A stretch of 64,000 bases of DNA from Candidatus Tectimicrobiota bacterium (GCA_026005175.1 BPKO01000013.1:7430-71429), one strand, 5' to 3'. Positions 49,734 through 58,604 are shown, numbered from the stretch's first letter. Notes: a model not told the origin generated them from the letters alone. Numbers and translations are program-made.

Positions 49734-52168
49734 ATGTCTCCTCAGCCTCTCGTTCTTCTTGTTAACGACCACGCAGGCAGCCGCTACGCGCTGGGGCATC
49801 CCCTGCGCCAGGCCGGCTTTGCCGTCCTCGAGGCGGCCAGCGGGGGCGAAGCCTTGCGCTTGGCCCGGGAGCAACAGCCCGACCTCGTCATCCTCGACGT
49901 GTACTTGCCCGACATAAGCGGCTACGCGGTGTGCCAGCGCCTCAAGGCCGACCCGCATACCGCCGCCATTCCCGTCCTTTACGTGTCGGCGACGTTTACC
50001 AAGAGCGAAGACCGCGTGCGCGGGCTGGAAAGCGGCGCCGACGCCTACCTGGTGCAGCCGGTAGAACCCGCCGAGCTGCTGGCCACGGTGCGCCTCTTGC
50101 TACGCCGGCGCCAGGCCCTTGCCGAGCTCTACGCCGAGCTCGTGCAGCAGCGGCGGCAAGCCGAGGAGCTGGCCGCTGCCAGCCGCCTCCTGCTGGAAGA
50201 AGCCGACGTGGCCGAGGTGGCGCAGTACGTGGTCGACAGCGTCTGCCGCCTTTTTGCCGCCCAGGGGGCGGTGCTTTACCGTCTTGACGAGGCGACGCAG
50301 GAGCTGGTGGTGGTGGCAGTAAGCGGCGCCCTGCCGCAGGCCGAGCTACGCCCGGGCCTGCGGCTGCCGCCGCAGGTGGGGGCGGTGGGGCTGGCGGTCG
50401 AGCGGCGGCAGGTGGTGGCCTCGGCCGATATCTTCGCCGATTCGCGCCTTCACTTCCCTCCCGAGCTGCGGGGCCCCGCTACGCTGCAGCGCCGGCGGCG
50501 GTGCTTGCCGTGCCCTTGCTCGTCAAGGGGCGGGTCACCGGCGCCCTGGGGGTAGGAGACGCGGCCGGGCGCACGTTTACCCCGGAGGAGATGCGCCTGG
50601 CGGTGGCTTTTGCCAACCAGGCGGCCCTGGCCCTCGAGCAAGCGCGGCTCTACGCTCGCCTGCAGCGCACCGGCGACTTTCTCCTCTCGGTAATCGACCA
50701 CTCCGCCGACGCCATCCTCACCACCGACTTGCACGGGCGCATCACCTTTTGCAGCCCCAGTGCCGCCGAGCTCTTTGGCTGCCGCTGCGAGGAGCTGGTG
50801 GGGCAGGCCATGGCCGCCTTCTATCGCGGCGGGCGGGCCGAGGCAGAGGGGGTAATGCGGCGGCTGCGCGCCGAAGGCACCCTGCGCGACTACGAGACGG
50901 TGCTGCGCACCCGCGACGGCCGGGAGGTGGAGGTAAGCGCTTCGATATCGCTGCTGCGCAACCTCAAAGGCGAGGTGACCGGTACCCTGGGCATCCTCAA
51001 GGACATCTCGGCGCGCAAGCGGCTCGAGGCGCAGCTGCGGCAGGCGCAGAAAATGGAGGCCATCGGCACCCTGGCCGGCGGCATCGCCCACGACTTCAAC
51101 AACATCCTGGCCGCCATCATGGGCTACGCCGAGCTGGCGCAGCAGGACGTCCCCGAGCAGAGCCCGCCCTGGCACCACCTGCAAGAAGTGCTGCGCGGCT
51201 GCCAGCGCGCCCGCGACCTCATCCGGCAGATCCTTGCCTTTAGCCGCCAGGGCGAAGCAGAGCGCCGGCCGGTGGCCCTGCACCAGCTGTGCCGCGAGAC
51301 CCTGCGGCTGCTGCGCGCCGCCCTGCCGGCCACCGTCACGTTGCGCGAGCACCTCGAAGAGGGCACGGTGCTGGCCGACCCCACGCAGCTGCAGCAGGTG
51401 CTGCTCAACTTGGGCAGCAACGCCGGCCACGCCATGCGCGAGGGCGGCGGCGAGCTGGAAGTGCGCCTGGAGACAGTGCAGGTAGAGGCGCCCCTGGCGG
51501 CCACGCACCCGGCGCTGCACCCCGGCCCTTACCTGTGCCTGACGGTGCGCGACACCGGCACCGGCATGCCGCCGCAAGTGCTCGAGCGCATTTTTGACCC
51601 CTTCTTTACCACCAAGGCGCCGGGTGAAGGCACCGGCTTGGGGCTGGCCACCGTGCACCGCATCGTCAGCGACCACGGCGGCGCCATCCTGGTGGAGAGC
51701 ACCCCGGGGCGGGGGACGACTTTCCGCGTCTACTTGCCGCGCCACGAGGGCACGGCGGCCAGCGAAGCGGCGCCGGCGGCGCTGTCCGGCGGCCAGGAGC
51801 GCGTCCTGTTCGTCGACGACGAGCAAGCCCTGGCCGCTTTGGGCGGCGAGCTGCTGAGCCGCCTGGGCTACCAGGTGGTGGTGTGCAGCGACAGCCGCGC
51901 CGCCCTTGAGGTCTTCCGGGCGCAGCCGCAGCGCTTCGACGTGGTGGTTACCGACCAGACCATGCCCCACCTTACCGGCGAGGCGCTGGCGCGCGAGCTG
52001 CGCCGCCTGCGTCCCGACATCCCCCTTATTCTCTGCACCGGCCTTGGCTTCGAGCGCGCCGAGGACGCCGACGCCGTGCTGCTCAAGCCTTACAGCGCTG
52101 CCGATCTGGCGCAGGCGATTCGGCGGGCGCTGGCGGCGCGGCGTCCAGCAGGCTCCGCAGCAGGGTGA
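49734..52168 (+). pseudogene. REC-GAF-PAS-HisKA-HATPase-REC hybrid histidine kinase, one frameshift
   Basis: REC (ILDVYLPDISG...ADAYLVQPVEP) and the GAF start run to ...HFPPELR. Then a shift at GGGGCCCC 50470-50477 into ORF 50501..52168 ([48 protein letters not shown] and a C-terminal REC with VTDQTMPHLTG...LLKP). Confidence 0.85.
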
Positions 52169-52997
52169 GGGCCTCGCGGTCTTCTTGCAAGTCCTTGCCC
52201 TTGGGCGTTTCCAGGCACATGGGCAGGCCCCAGAAGCGGCGGTCGTGCAGCAGGCGGTGGAAGAAGGCCACCCCCAGCTGCCCTTTGCCGATGTGGGCAT
52301 GGCGGTCGACGCGGCTGCCGCGGCCCTGGGGGGCATCGTTGAGGTGAAAGGCGGCCAGGCGCTCGAGGCCAACAAGGGCGTCAAACGTGGCAAAAGCGTG
52401 CTCGTAGCCGGCGGGGGTGCGCAGCTCGTAGCCGGCGGCAAAGGCGTGCTGGGTGTCAAAGCACACGCGCAAGCGCTCGCTCTCGCGTACCAGCTCGAGC
52501 AGGCGCCGCAGGTGGGCAAAGCGGCAGCCCAGGCTGGTGCCCTGGCCGGCGGTGATTTCCAGGGCAAGCCGCACCCGGAAGCCAGGGCAGGCGGCGTGAA
52601 TGGCGTCGAGGGCGCGCGCCACGCGGCGCAGTCCGGCAGCTTCGCCCTCGCCGCCGTGGGCGCCGGGGTGGAGGATGAGCAAGTCGATACCCAGCGCCTC
52701 GCAGCGCTCCAGGTCCTCGATGGTGGCGCGCAGCGAGCGCTGCCAGAGGGCCGCATCGGCGCTGGCGAGGTTGACGAGGTAAGGGGCGTGCGCCACCACG
52801 GTGGCAATGCCGGTGGCGCGGCGGGCTTCCTGCCAGGCGGCAAGCGCCGCCTGCGTCAGGGGTGGGGCCTGCCACTGGCGGCTGGGGCGGGTAAAGACTT
52901 GAACTACCTCGCAGCCCACCTGCTGGCCGCGGTAGAGGGCCTGGGGCAGGCCGCCGCTTGTGGGCATGTGGGCGCCCAGCAGCGGCGCGGCGCTCAT
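52083..52997 (-). CDS. nfo: deoxyribonuclease IV (endonuclease IV)
   Basis: LLGAHMPTSGG, HAPYLVNLAS, LILHPGAH, LEITAGQG, VCFDTQHAFAAGY, HLNDA and DRHAHIGKG. Its 3' end overlaps the convergent kinase gene by 86 nt. Confidence 0.9.
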   Translation of the reverse strand: MSAAPLLGAHMPTSGGLPQALYRGQQVGCEVVQVFTRPSRQWQAPPLTQAALAAWQEARRATGIATVVAHAPYLVNLASADAALWQRSLRATIEDLERCEALGIDLLILHPGAHGGEGEAAGLRRVARALDAIHAACPGFRVRLALEITAGQGTSLGCRFAHLRRLLELVRESERLRVCFDTQHAFAAGYELRTPAGYEHAFATFDALVGLERLAAFHLNDAPQGRGSRVDRHAHIGKGQLGVAFFHRLLHDRRFWGLPMCLETPKGKDLQEDREALTLLRSLLDAAPPAPAESPAPDRQRCKA

Positions 52998-53734
52998 GCC
53001 GCCTCTCCCAGGTAGACCCGCTGCACCTCGGGGTGGCGGCGCACCGCCTCGGGCGGGCCTTCGGCCAGCACGCGGCCCTGGTGCAGCACGGTGATTTTTT
53101 CTGCAATGCTGAACACCACCTCCATGTCGTGCTCGGTAAAGAGCAGGGTGAGGCCGCGCTGGCGGGCGATGCGCGCAAGAAGGGCGATGGTGCTGGCCGT
53201 CTCCTGTGGAGACATGCCGGCGGTGGGCTCGTCGAGCAGCAGCAGCTCTGGCTCGCTGGCCAGGGCGATGCCCAGCTCGAGCTGCTTTTGCAAGCCGTAC
53301 GACAGGGTGCCACTGGGGAGGTGGGCCACGTCGGCCAGGCCCACTGCCTCGAGGAGGGCTTCGGTTTCGCGCCGCAGCAGCTTCCGGGCCGGGGTGAAAA
53401 AGCGCAGCGTCTGGCGGTGGTGGGCGAGCACCGCCACCTGCACGTTGTCAAAGACGCTGAGGCGCGGGAAGATGTTGGTGCGCTGGAACGAGCGGCCGAT
53501 GCCCAGCCGGCAGATGCGGTGCGGGGGCAAGCCGGTGATGTCGCGGCCGCGGAAGTAAATGCGGCCGCGGCTGGGGCGCAGGTGGCCGGTGATGAGGTTG
53601 AAAAGCGTCGACTTGCCGGCGCCGTTGGGGCCAATGAGGCAGGCCAGCTGGCCTTTTTCGACGGCAAGGTCGACGCGGTCGACGGCAAGAAAGCCGTCAA
53701 ACGCTTTGCTGACGCCTTCGACACGCAGCAGCAT
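52994..53734 (-). CDS. LivG-type (branched-chain amino acid family) ABC ATP-binding protein, no partner genes nearby
   Basis: MLLRVEGVSKAFDGFLAVDRVDL, Walker A GPNGAGKST, LSYGLQKQLELGIAL and LLLLDEPTAGM. SD GAGAGGAG. ATGA overlap with nfo. Confidence 0.88.
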   Translation of the reverse strand: MLLRVEGVSKAFDGFLAVDRVDLAVEKGQLACLIGPNGAGKSTLFNLITGHLRPSRGRIYFRGRDITGLPPHRICRLGIGRSFQRTNIFPRLSVFDNVQVAVLAHHRQTLRFFTPARKLLRRETEALLEAVGLADVAHLPSGTLSYGLQKQLELGIALASEPELLLLDEPTAGMSPQETASTIALLARIARQRGLTLLFTEHDMEVVFSIAEKITVLHQGRVLAEGPPEAVRRHPEVQRVYLGEAA

Positions 53735-53837
53735 GGCTCCTCTCTCATCGCGTAACACCGGGAAAGCGGGCCGGCCCTGCGGCCCGCGCACCCTGTCAGC
53801 ATACCAGAAAGACAAAGCCAGCGCAGCCGGCGCCGGG

Positions 53838-53890
53838 CTGTGGAAAAGGCGGGGAAAAGGCGGGGAAAAAGAGTGGCAAAAGCGGCCAAA
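53838..53890 (+). repeat. phased A-tract block; first 22 nt = copy 2 of the CTGTGGAAAAG..GGGGAAAAG motif
   Basis: GGAAAAGGCGG / GGAAAAGGCGG / GGAAAAAGAGT / GGCAAAAGCGG / CCAAA. A-runs recur about every 11 nt in a GC-rich background. Confidence 0.6.
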
Positions 53891-53955
53891 TCCGGGTATA
53901 AGTGACGGCGGAGCCTCCCCCTGTCGCCAAGGGAGAAAAAAATGCTCCACCCCCA

Positions 53956-53984
53956 TTGACTTCTGCGGGCAAACGCAGTACGTT
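53956..53984 (+). promoter_or_regulatory. candidate promoter TTGACT-N17-TACGTT (spacer contains dyad CTGCG-N6-CGCAG)
   Basis: Read directly. It lies about 10 nt upstream of the 19 nt palindrome. Confidence 0.35.
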
Positions 53985-53993
53985 AGTCGGCAG

Positions 53994-54012
53994 TTAATGC
54001 AAGTTGCATTAA
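53994..54012 (+). promoter_or_regulatory. perfect 19 nt palindrome TTAATGCAA-G-TTGCATTAA (candidate operator)
   Basis: Exact inverted repeat read directly. It is AT-rich in a GC-rich genome and it covers the first in-frame ATG (53997) of the MerR-like ORF. Confidence 0.55.
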
Positions 54013-54524
54013 GTGGGGACACGCGCGTGGAACTCTACGACAGCCGCACGGTAGCCGCCCAGCTGGGGATCCCCTACCGCACCCTGATGTACTGGGTGGA
54101 GACGGGGCTGGTGCGTCCCCACACCTATTCGGGGCGGCGGCGCACCCCGGTGCTCTTTTCCGCCAAGGACGTCAAGGAAATCGGGCGCCTGGCGCAGCTG
54201 CGCAAGTACCTGCGCGGGCAGGCGCTGCGCGACGTGCTCAACACCCTGCGCGCCATGGGGCACAACCCCTTGTCGCAGGGCGATTTCCTCGTCCTGGAGA
54301 GCCGCCAGGGGCGGCGCAACGTCATCAAGATCATGCAGAACAACGAGGCCATCCAGCTGCTGCACGCGCAGCCCGACCGCCAGCTGCGGCTCATCCCGCT
54401 CACCGGGGACGAGGTGCAGGAGGCCATTTCGGCGGGGCGGCAAGAGGTGCTCTTCAGCACCCGCGAGAGCGAGCCTCCGGCGCGCGGCGGCGAGGCGGGA
54501 CCGGCGCGGCAGGGGGAAGGGTAA
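53997..54524 (+). CDS. MerR-family HTH protein with uncharacterised C-terminal domain
   Basis: YDSRTVAAQLGIPYRTLMYWVETGLVRPH...FSAKDVKEIGRLAQLRK is a MerR-type wHTH pattern. The alternative start GTG 54027 (after GGGGA) is equally plausible. The upstream part of ORF 53559..54524 is antisense to the ATPase gene. Confidence 0.7.
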   Translation: MQVALSGDTRVELYDSRTVAAQLGIPYRTLMYWVETGLVRPHTYSGRRRTPVLFSAKDVKEIGRLAQLRKYLRGQALRDVLNTLRAMGHNPLSQGDFLVLESRQGRRNVIKIMQNNEAIQLLHAQPDRQLRLIPLTGDEVQEAISAGRQEVLFSTRESEPPARGGEAGPARQGEG

Positions 54525-54551
54525 GGCACGGCGACAGGGGGAGGAGGGTGT

Positions 54552-55733
54552 ATGATTCAGTTTGCCGAGGAGCCGGTTAGCAACGCCCGCATCAAAGTCA
54601 TCGGGGTCGGCGGTGGCGGCGGCAACGCCGTCAACACCATGATCGCCTCCGGCCTACAGGGGGTGGAGTTCATCACCGCCAACACCGACCGCCAGGCGCT
54701 GGAGACCACGCAGGCCGAGGTGCGCCTTCAGCTCGGCGCCCACCTCACGCGCGGCCTGGGGGCCGGCGCCAACCCGGAAATCGGCCGCAAGGCGGCGCAG
54801 GAGGACCGCGAGGCCATCCTCGAGGTGCTCGACGGCGCCGACATGGTCTTTATTACCGCCGGCATGGGCGGCGGCACCGGCACCGGCGCCGCGCCGGTGA
54901 TCGCCAGCCTGGCGCGCGAAAAGGAAATCCTCACCGTGGCGGTGGTCACCAAGCCCTTTGCCTTCGAAGGGCGGCAGCGCATGCGCCAGGCCGAAGCGGG
55001 CATTCACGAGCTGCGCGAGCACGTCGACACCCTCATCGTGATTCCCAACCAGCGGCTGCTGGAGCTGGTGGACCGCCAGACGACGCTGCGCGACGCCTTC
55101 CGCATGGCCGACGAGGTGCTGCGCCAGGCGGTGCAGAGCATCTCCGACTTGGTGCTGGTGCCGGGGCTCATCAACCTCGACTTTGCCGACGTGCGCACCA
55201 TCATGGCCGGGCGCGGCAAGGCGATCATGGGCACGGGCACCGCCGAGGGGGAGACCGGCGCCATGGCGGCGGCGCAGCGCGCCATCGACAGCCCCCTGCT
55301 GGAGGCCTCGGTGCACGGCGCCCGCGGCGTGCTCATCAACATCACCGGCGGGCCGCAGATGACCCTCATGCAGGTGCACGAAGCGGCGTCGGCGGTGCAG
55401 ATGGCCGCCCACCCCGAGGCGCAGATCATCTTCGGGGCGGTGATCGACGAGCAGATGGGCAACGCCATCCGCGTCACGGTGATCGCCACCGGCTTTGACG
55501 AAGCCGCCAGCGAAGAGGCCGCAGCGGGGCTGCCGGGGCGCCGCCTCGAGCTGCCGGGACACGAAGCGCCCTCCAGCCCGCAGCCCTCCTACGAGGTGCA
55601 CGAGAAGTTCAACGAGGAGGCCTACTCGCGTTGGCTGGCCTTTGCCCGCGGCAAGGAGAGCAATCCGGCGCCGGCAGACGAGCGCTTCCTGGACGTGCCC
55701 ACCTTTTTCCGCCGCCGGGCGCGCCGGCGCTAG
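54552..55733 (+). CDS. ftsZ: cell division protein FtsZ
   Basis: [42 protein letters not shown] and C-terminal peptide [24 protein letters not shown]. Confidence 0.97.
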   Translation: MIQFAEEPVSNARIKVIGVGGGGGNAVNTMIASGLQGVEFITANTDRQALETTQAEVRLQLGAHLTRGLGAGANPEIGRKAAQEDREAILEVLDGADMVFITAGMGGGTGTGAAPVIASLAREKEILTVAVVTKPFAFEGRQRMRQAEAGIHELREHVDTLIVIPNQRLLELVDRQTTLRDAFRMADEVLRQAVQSISDLVLVPGLINLDFADVRTIMAGRGKAIMGTGTAEGETGAMAAAQRAIDSPLLEASVHGARGVLINITGGPQMTLMQVHEAASAVQMAAHPEAQIIFGAVIDEQMGNAIRVTVIATGFDEAASEEAAAGLPGRRLELPGHEAPSSPQPSYEVHEKFNEEAYSRWLAFARGKESNPAPADERFLDVPTFFRRRARRR

Positions 55734-56095
55734 GCCGCCGTCTCCTTGCCCACCGTGTGGCGGGTGACAAAGTCGGCCAGCGCCGCCTGCACCGAGGCGT
55801 CGCGCCAGCCAATCCACCAGAACTCGGCGCCCACCTCGTGGTGGGCGCCGCGCGGGCGGCACCACACCACGCGCGCCAAGGCAACAATGGGAGCGCCAAA
55901 GTCCGGGGCCTCGATTTCCAGGGTCAGCACGCTGCCTTTGGGCAAGGCAGACGCGGCTTCAAAGCAGATGCCGCCGCCGCTGATGTTGACGGCAAAGCTG
56001 CTCAAGGGGTGCTGCGCCAGGGCTTGGGAATCCACCACCTCGTAGCGCAGCCGGTACTCCCGCCGCAGGCGGGGAAACTTGCGTCGCTGCCACAC
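55730..56095 (-). CDS. PilZ-domain protein (~121 aa)
   Basis: RRKFPR (RRxxxR) and NISGGG (NxSxxG) motifs. GTG 56095 lies 8 nt after AGGAGG. The rest of ORF 55730..56704 is out of frame over queC. Confidence 0.7.
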   Translation of the reverse strand: MWQRRKFPRLRREYRLRYEVVDSQALAQHPLSSFAVNISGGGICFEAASALPKGSVLTLEIEAPDFGAPIVALARVVWCRPRGAHHEVGAEFWWIGWRDASVQAALADFVTRHTVGKETAA

Positions 56096-56178
56096 CGTCC
56101 GTTCCTCCTGCCAGGGACGACACCGCTCGGGCTTCTGGATCCTATCGGCAGCCGCAGCGGCCCACTTGAGCCCGCGGG

Positions 56179-56850
56179 CTAGCGCTTGCCCTGGGCGCGC
56201 AGCAGCAGCGGGTCGGGCAGGCCGGCTTCGGCAAAGCCGCGAGCGCGCAGCTGGCACGCCGGGCACTGCTGGCAGGGCGGAAAGGTGCCGGCGTAGCAGG
56301 TGTGCGAGTAGGCCAGCGCCTCGTACGCGCCTACCTCGCAGGCCAGCCGCACCGTCTGTGCTTTGGTGAGGTGCATGAGCGGCGTGTGGATGCGGAAGGG
56401 GTAGTCCATGCCCAGCTGCAGGGCCCGCTCCATGGCTGCCATGGTCTGCTGGCGGCAGTCGGGGTAGCCGCTGTAGTCGGTCTCGCAGGCGCCGATGACC
56501 AGATCGGCAATTTCGTGGTGGTAGGCAAAGGCCGCCGCCACGGTAAGAAAGAGCAGGTTGCGCCCCGGCACGAAGGTGGTGGGCAGGCCGCCGCGGCCGC
56601 CGCTGGCAGCAATGGGCAGCTGCGGGTCGATCAGCGCCGTGCCGCCCAGCTCGCGCAGCACGTCGAGGCGCAGCACGGTAAGGGGCACCCCGGCCCGCTC
56701 GCACACCGCCCGCGCCGCTTCCAGCTCGATGCGGTGGCGCTGGCCGTAGTCAAAGCTCAGCGCCAGCAGGGGAGCAAAGCGCTGCTTGGCCCAGTACAGG
56801 CAAGTGGTGGAGTCTTGGCCGCCGCTGGTCAGGCAGACTGCCCCGGCCAT
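56179..56850 (-). CDS. queC: 7-cyano-7-deazaguanine synthase
   Basis: VCLTSGGQDSTTCL, FDYGQRH, FVPGRNLLFL, and a C-terminal Cys cluster CYAGTFPPCQQCPAC. Confidence 0.93.
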   Translation of the reverse strand: MAGAVCLTSGGQDSTTCLYWAKQRFAPLLALSFDYGQRHRIELEAARAVCERAGVPLTVLRLDVLRELGGTALIDPQLPIAASGGRGGLPTTFVPGRNLLFLTVAAAFAYHHEIADLVIGACETDYSGYPDCRQQTMAAMERALQLGMDYPFRIHTPLMHLTKAQTVRLACEVGAYEALAYSHTCYAGTFPPCQQCPACQLRARGFAEAGLPDPLLLRAQGKR

Positions 56851-56863
56851 GGCGTCGCTTCCC

Positions 56864-57067
56864 TCAGCGCTCCAGGCGGAAGGAGACTTCGGCGCGCACG
56901 CGGAAGACTTCGATTTTGTCGTCGCGCAGGCGCACGTCGAACTCTTTCACCCCGATGCGGGTGATGCCGCGCAGCGTCTTTTGCGCCTCGGCCACCACCT
57001 CGCGCAGGGCCTCTTCCCAGCCGTGGGGCGACTCGCCCACCAGCTCGATGATCTTGACCACGCCCAT
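56864..57067 (-). CDS. dodecin-family protein
   Basis: MGVVKIIELVGESPHGWEEALREVVAEAQKTLRGI...FRVRAEVSFRLE, 67 aa. Confidence 0.8.
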   Translation of the reverse strand: MGVVKIIELVGESPHGWEEALREVVAEAQKTLRGITRIGVKEFDVRLRDDKIEVFRVRAEVSFRLER

Positions 57068-57076
57068 GGCGGTGCC

Positions 57077-57298
57077 TCAGAGCTCGTCGGCGTCGAGGAG
57101 GCGAAAGCCCACTTTGAGCGCCACCTGGTACTCGGAGATCTTGCCGTCTTGGATGAGGCCGCGCAGCTCGGTGACCTGGAACCAGCCCAGGCCGCGCAGG
57201 GTGGCGCTGGCGCGCTCGATGGCGTTCTTGGTGGCGTCGGAGTAGCTCTCTTTCGACACCCCGACGATTTCGATGAGCTTGTACGTGCGGTTGTCCAT
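57077..57298 (-). CDS. dodecin-family protein
   Basis: MDNRTYKLIEIVGVSKESYSDATKNAIERASATLRGLGWFQVTELRGLIQDGKISEYQVALKVGFRLLD. ATG 57298 follows GGAAGGAGGAAGG. Confidence 0.85.
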   Translation of the reverse strand: MDNRTYKLIEIVGVSKESYSDATKNAIERASATLRGLGWFQVTELRGLIQDGKISEYQVALKVGFRLLDADEL

Positions 57299-57337
57299 GG
57301 CCTTCCTCCTTCCGGCAGCGAACCCCGCTCGCTGCTG

Positions 57338-57367
57338 ACTATAGGCCCTGGGGCCGCTCCCTGTCAA
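57338..57367 (-). promoter_or_regulatory. promoter TTGACA-N18-TATAGT for the dodecin-dodecin-queC unit
   Basis: On the minus strand, TTGACA is the complement of 57362-57367 and TATAGT is the complement of 57338-57343. This is about 40 nt upstream of ATG 57298. Confidence 0.5.
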
Positions 57368-57380
57368 GCGGCGCCTTGCC

Positions 57381-57409
57381 TTGACGCCGCTGGCGGGCCT
57401 TGCCATACT
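57381..57409 (+). promoter_or_regulatory. promoter TTGACG-N17-CATACT for yacG-VOC
   Basis: Read directly. It sits back to back with the minus-strand promoter, with 13 nt between the two -35 boxes. Confidence 0.5.
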
Positions 57410-57434
57410 AAAGACCGTATAGAGGAGGCTTGCC

Positions 57435-57632
57435 ATGGGACGCGTGCTGCGGCGCCCCTGCCCGCACTGCGGCCAGGAAGTCTGCTGGCCCGAAACGCCC
57501 ACGTACCCGTTTTGCTCCGAGCGCTGCCGCCTCATCGACTTGGGGCTGTGGGCCAGCGAGCACTACCGCCTGCCGGGCGAGCCCCTGGCCGAGGAGCCGC
57601 TCGCCCCAGAACCCCCTCCGGAAGAGGCGTAA
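57435..57632 (+). CDS. yacG: DNA gyrase inhibitor YacG (zinc-ribbon)
   Basis: [10 protein letters not shown]...[23 protein letters not shown]. Confidence 0.85.
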   Translation: MGRVLRRPCPHCGQEVCWPETPTYPFCSERCRLIDLGLWASEHYRLPGEPLAEEPLAPEPPPEEA

Positions 57633-57638
57633 CGTCCG

Positions 57639-58046
57639 ATGTCCACCCCGCCTTTTACCGTCACTGCCATGGACCACATCGTGCTGCGGGTGCGCGACTT
57701 GGAAGCGGTGCTGCACTTTTACGGCCAGGTGCTGGGCCTGCAGCCCGAGCGCCTGGAGGCCTTTCGCCGCGGAGAGGCTCCGTTTCCCTCGCTGCGCGTC
57801 AGTGCCGACACGGTGATCGACCTCCTGCCGGTCTCCGCTCCCCCGGCGGAAGCCGCCGACCTCGACCACTTCTGCCTGGTGCTGGCGACGGAGGACGTGG
57901 CAGGCCTGGTGGCCTACTTGCGCGCTCACGGCGTGCCCGTCGAAGAAGGCCCGGTGCCGCGCTGGGGGGCGCGGGGCATGGGGACCTCGGTGTACTGCCG
58001 CGATCCGGAAAACCGCCGCCTCGAGCTGCGCACTTACCCCGGCTGA
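57639..58046 (+). CDS. VOC/glyoxalase-family protein
   Basis: MDHIVLRVRDLEAVLHFYGQVLGL...DHFCLVL...SVYCRDPENRRLEL. Confidence 0.85.
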   Translation: MSTPPFTVTAMDHIVLRVRDLEAVLHFYGQVLGLQPERLEAFRRGEAPFPSLRVSADTVIDLLPVSAPPAEAADLDHFCLVLATEDVAGLVAYLRAHGVPVEEGPVPRWGARGMGTSVYCRDPENRRLELRTYPG

Positions 58047-58049
58047 GCC

Positions 58050-58067
58050 GTTCTCATCCTTGAGAAC
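58050..58067 (+). terminator. hairpin GTTCTCA-tcct-TGAGAAC after the VOC gene, followed by a pyrimidine-rich tract
   Basis: 7 bp perfect stem read directly. CTCTTTCTTCCCTC begins about 10 nt later. This is a weak intrinsic-terminator candidate. Confidence 0.3.
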
Positions 58068-58250
58068 CGTGGCGCCTCTTTCTTCCCTCTGAGACGCCGC
58101 GCGCCGGCGGCGCCGCCGGCCCCAGGGGACAAGAGGGCGCGTCGTTGCTTGCCCTGCGGCCATTGCGGCAGCGGCCGCCTGTGGTGGCACGCCCTTTGCG
58201 TGTACAGGACCCAGGTAGTCGACGAGCACAAGGCCGGAGACGCAGAACGG

Positions 58251-58604
58251 ATGAGGATGACGGACGTGATGCAGGCAAAACCCTTTCGCGAGGCGGCCCA
58301 GCTCCTGGCCACCTTGGCACAAGCGGGCTGCCGCCTGCGCATCGAAGGCGACCGGCTGCTGGTCTACGGGCCGCGGCGGGTGCTTACCGGCGAGCTCTGC
58401 GAGGCCATTCACCGCCACAAAATGGCCATCTTTGCCCTGCTGCTGCGCCACACCCTGGTGCGGCTGCTGCGCGTGCTCGACATGGCCCAGCCCGACATCC
58501 CGGTGGGGGTGCAGGAGGACTTTGCCGAAGCCTGGCTCGCCGCGGTGCAGCTGGTGGGAGATCCCTGGGCCGAGGACGACGAGCCCGATGTCAGGCTGGC
58601 GTAA
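58251..58604 (+). CDS. small hypothetical protein with TubC-N-docking-domain-like motif
   Basis: [51 protein letters not shown]. The start is uncertain (ATG 58251, 58257 or 58269; the ORF track starts at 58149). Confidence 0.5.
   Translation: MRMTDVMQAKPFREAAQLLATLAQAGCRLRIEGDRLLVYGPRRVLTGELCEAIHRHKMAIFALLLRHTLVRLLRVLDMAQPDIPVGVQEDFAEAWLAAVQLVGDPWAEDDEPDVRLA

Noticed and set aside
53871-53886. Sigma-54-like element TGGCAAAAGCGGCC.
   Set aside because: The spacing between the GG and the GC is 8 nt rather than the 10 nt of the TGGCAC-N5-TTGC consensus, and the TTGC element is missing.
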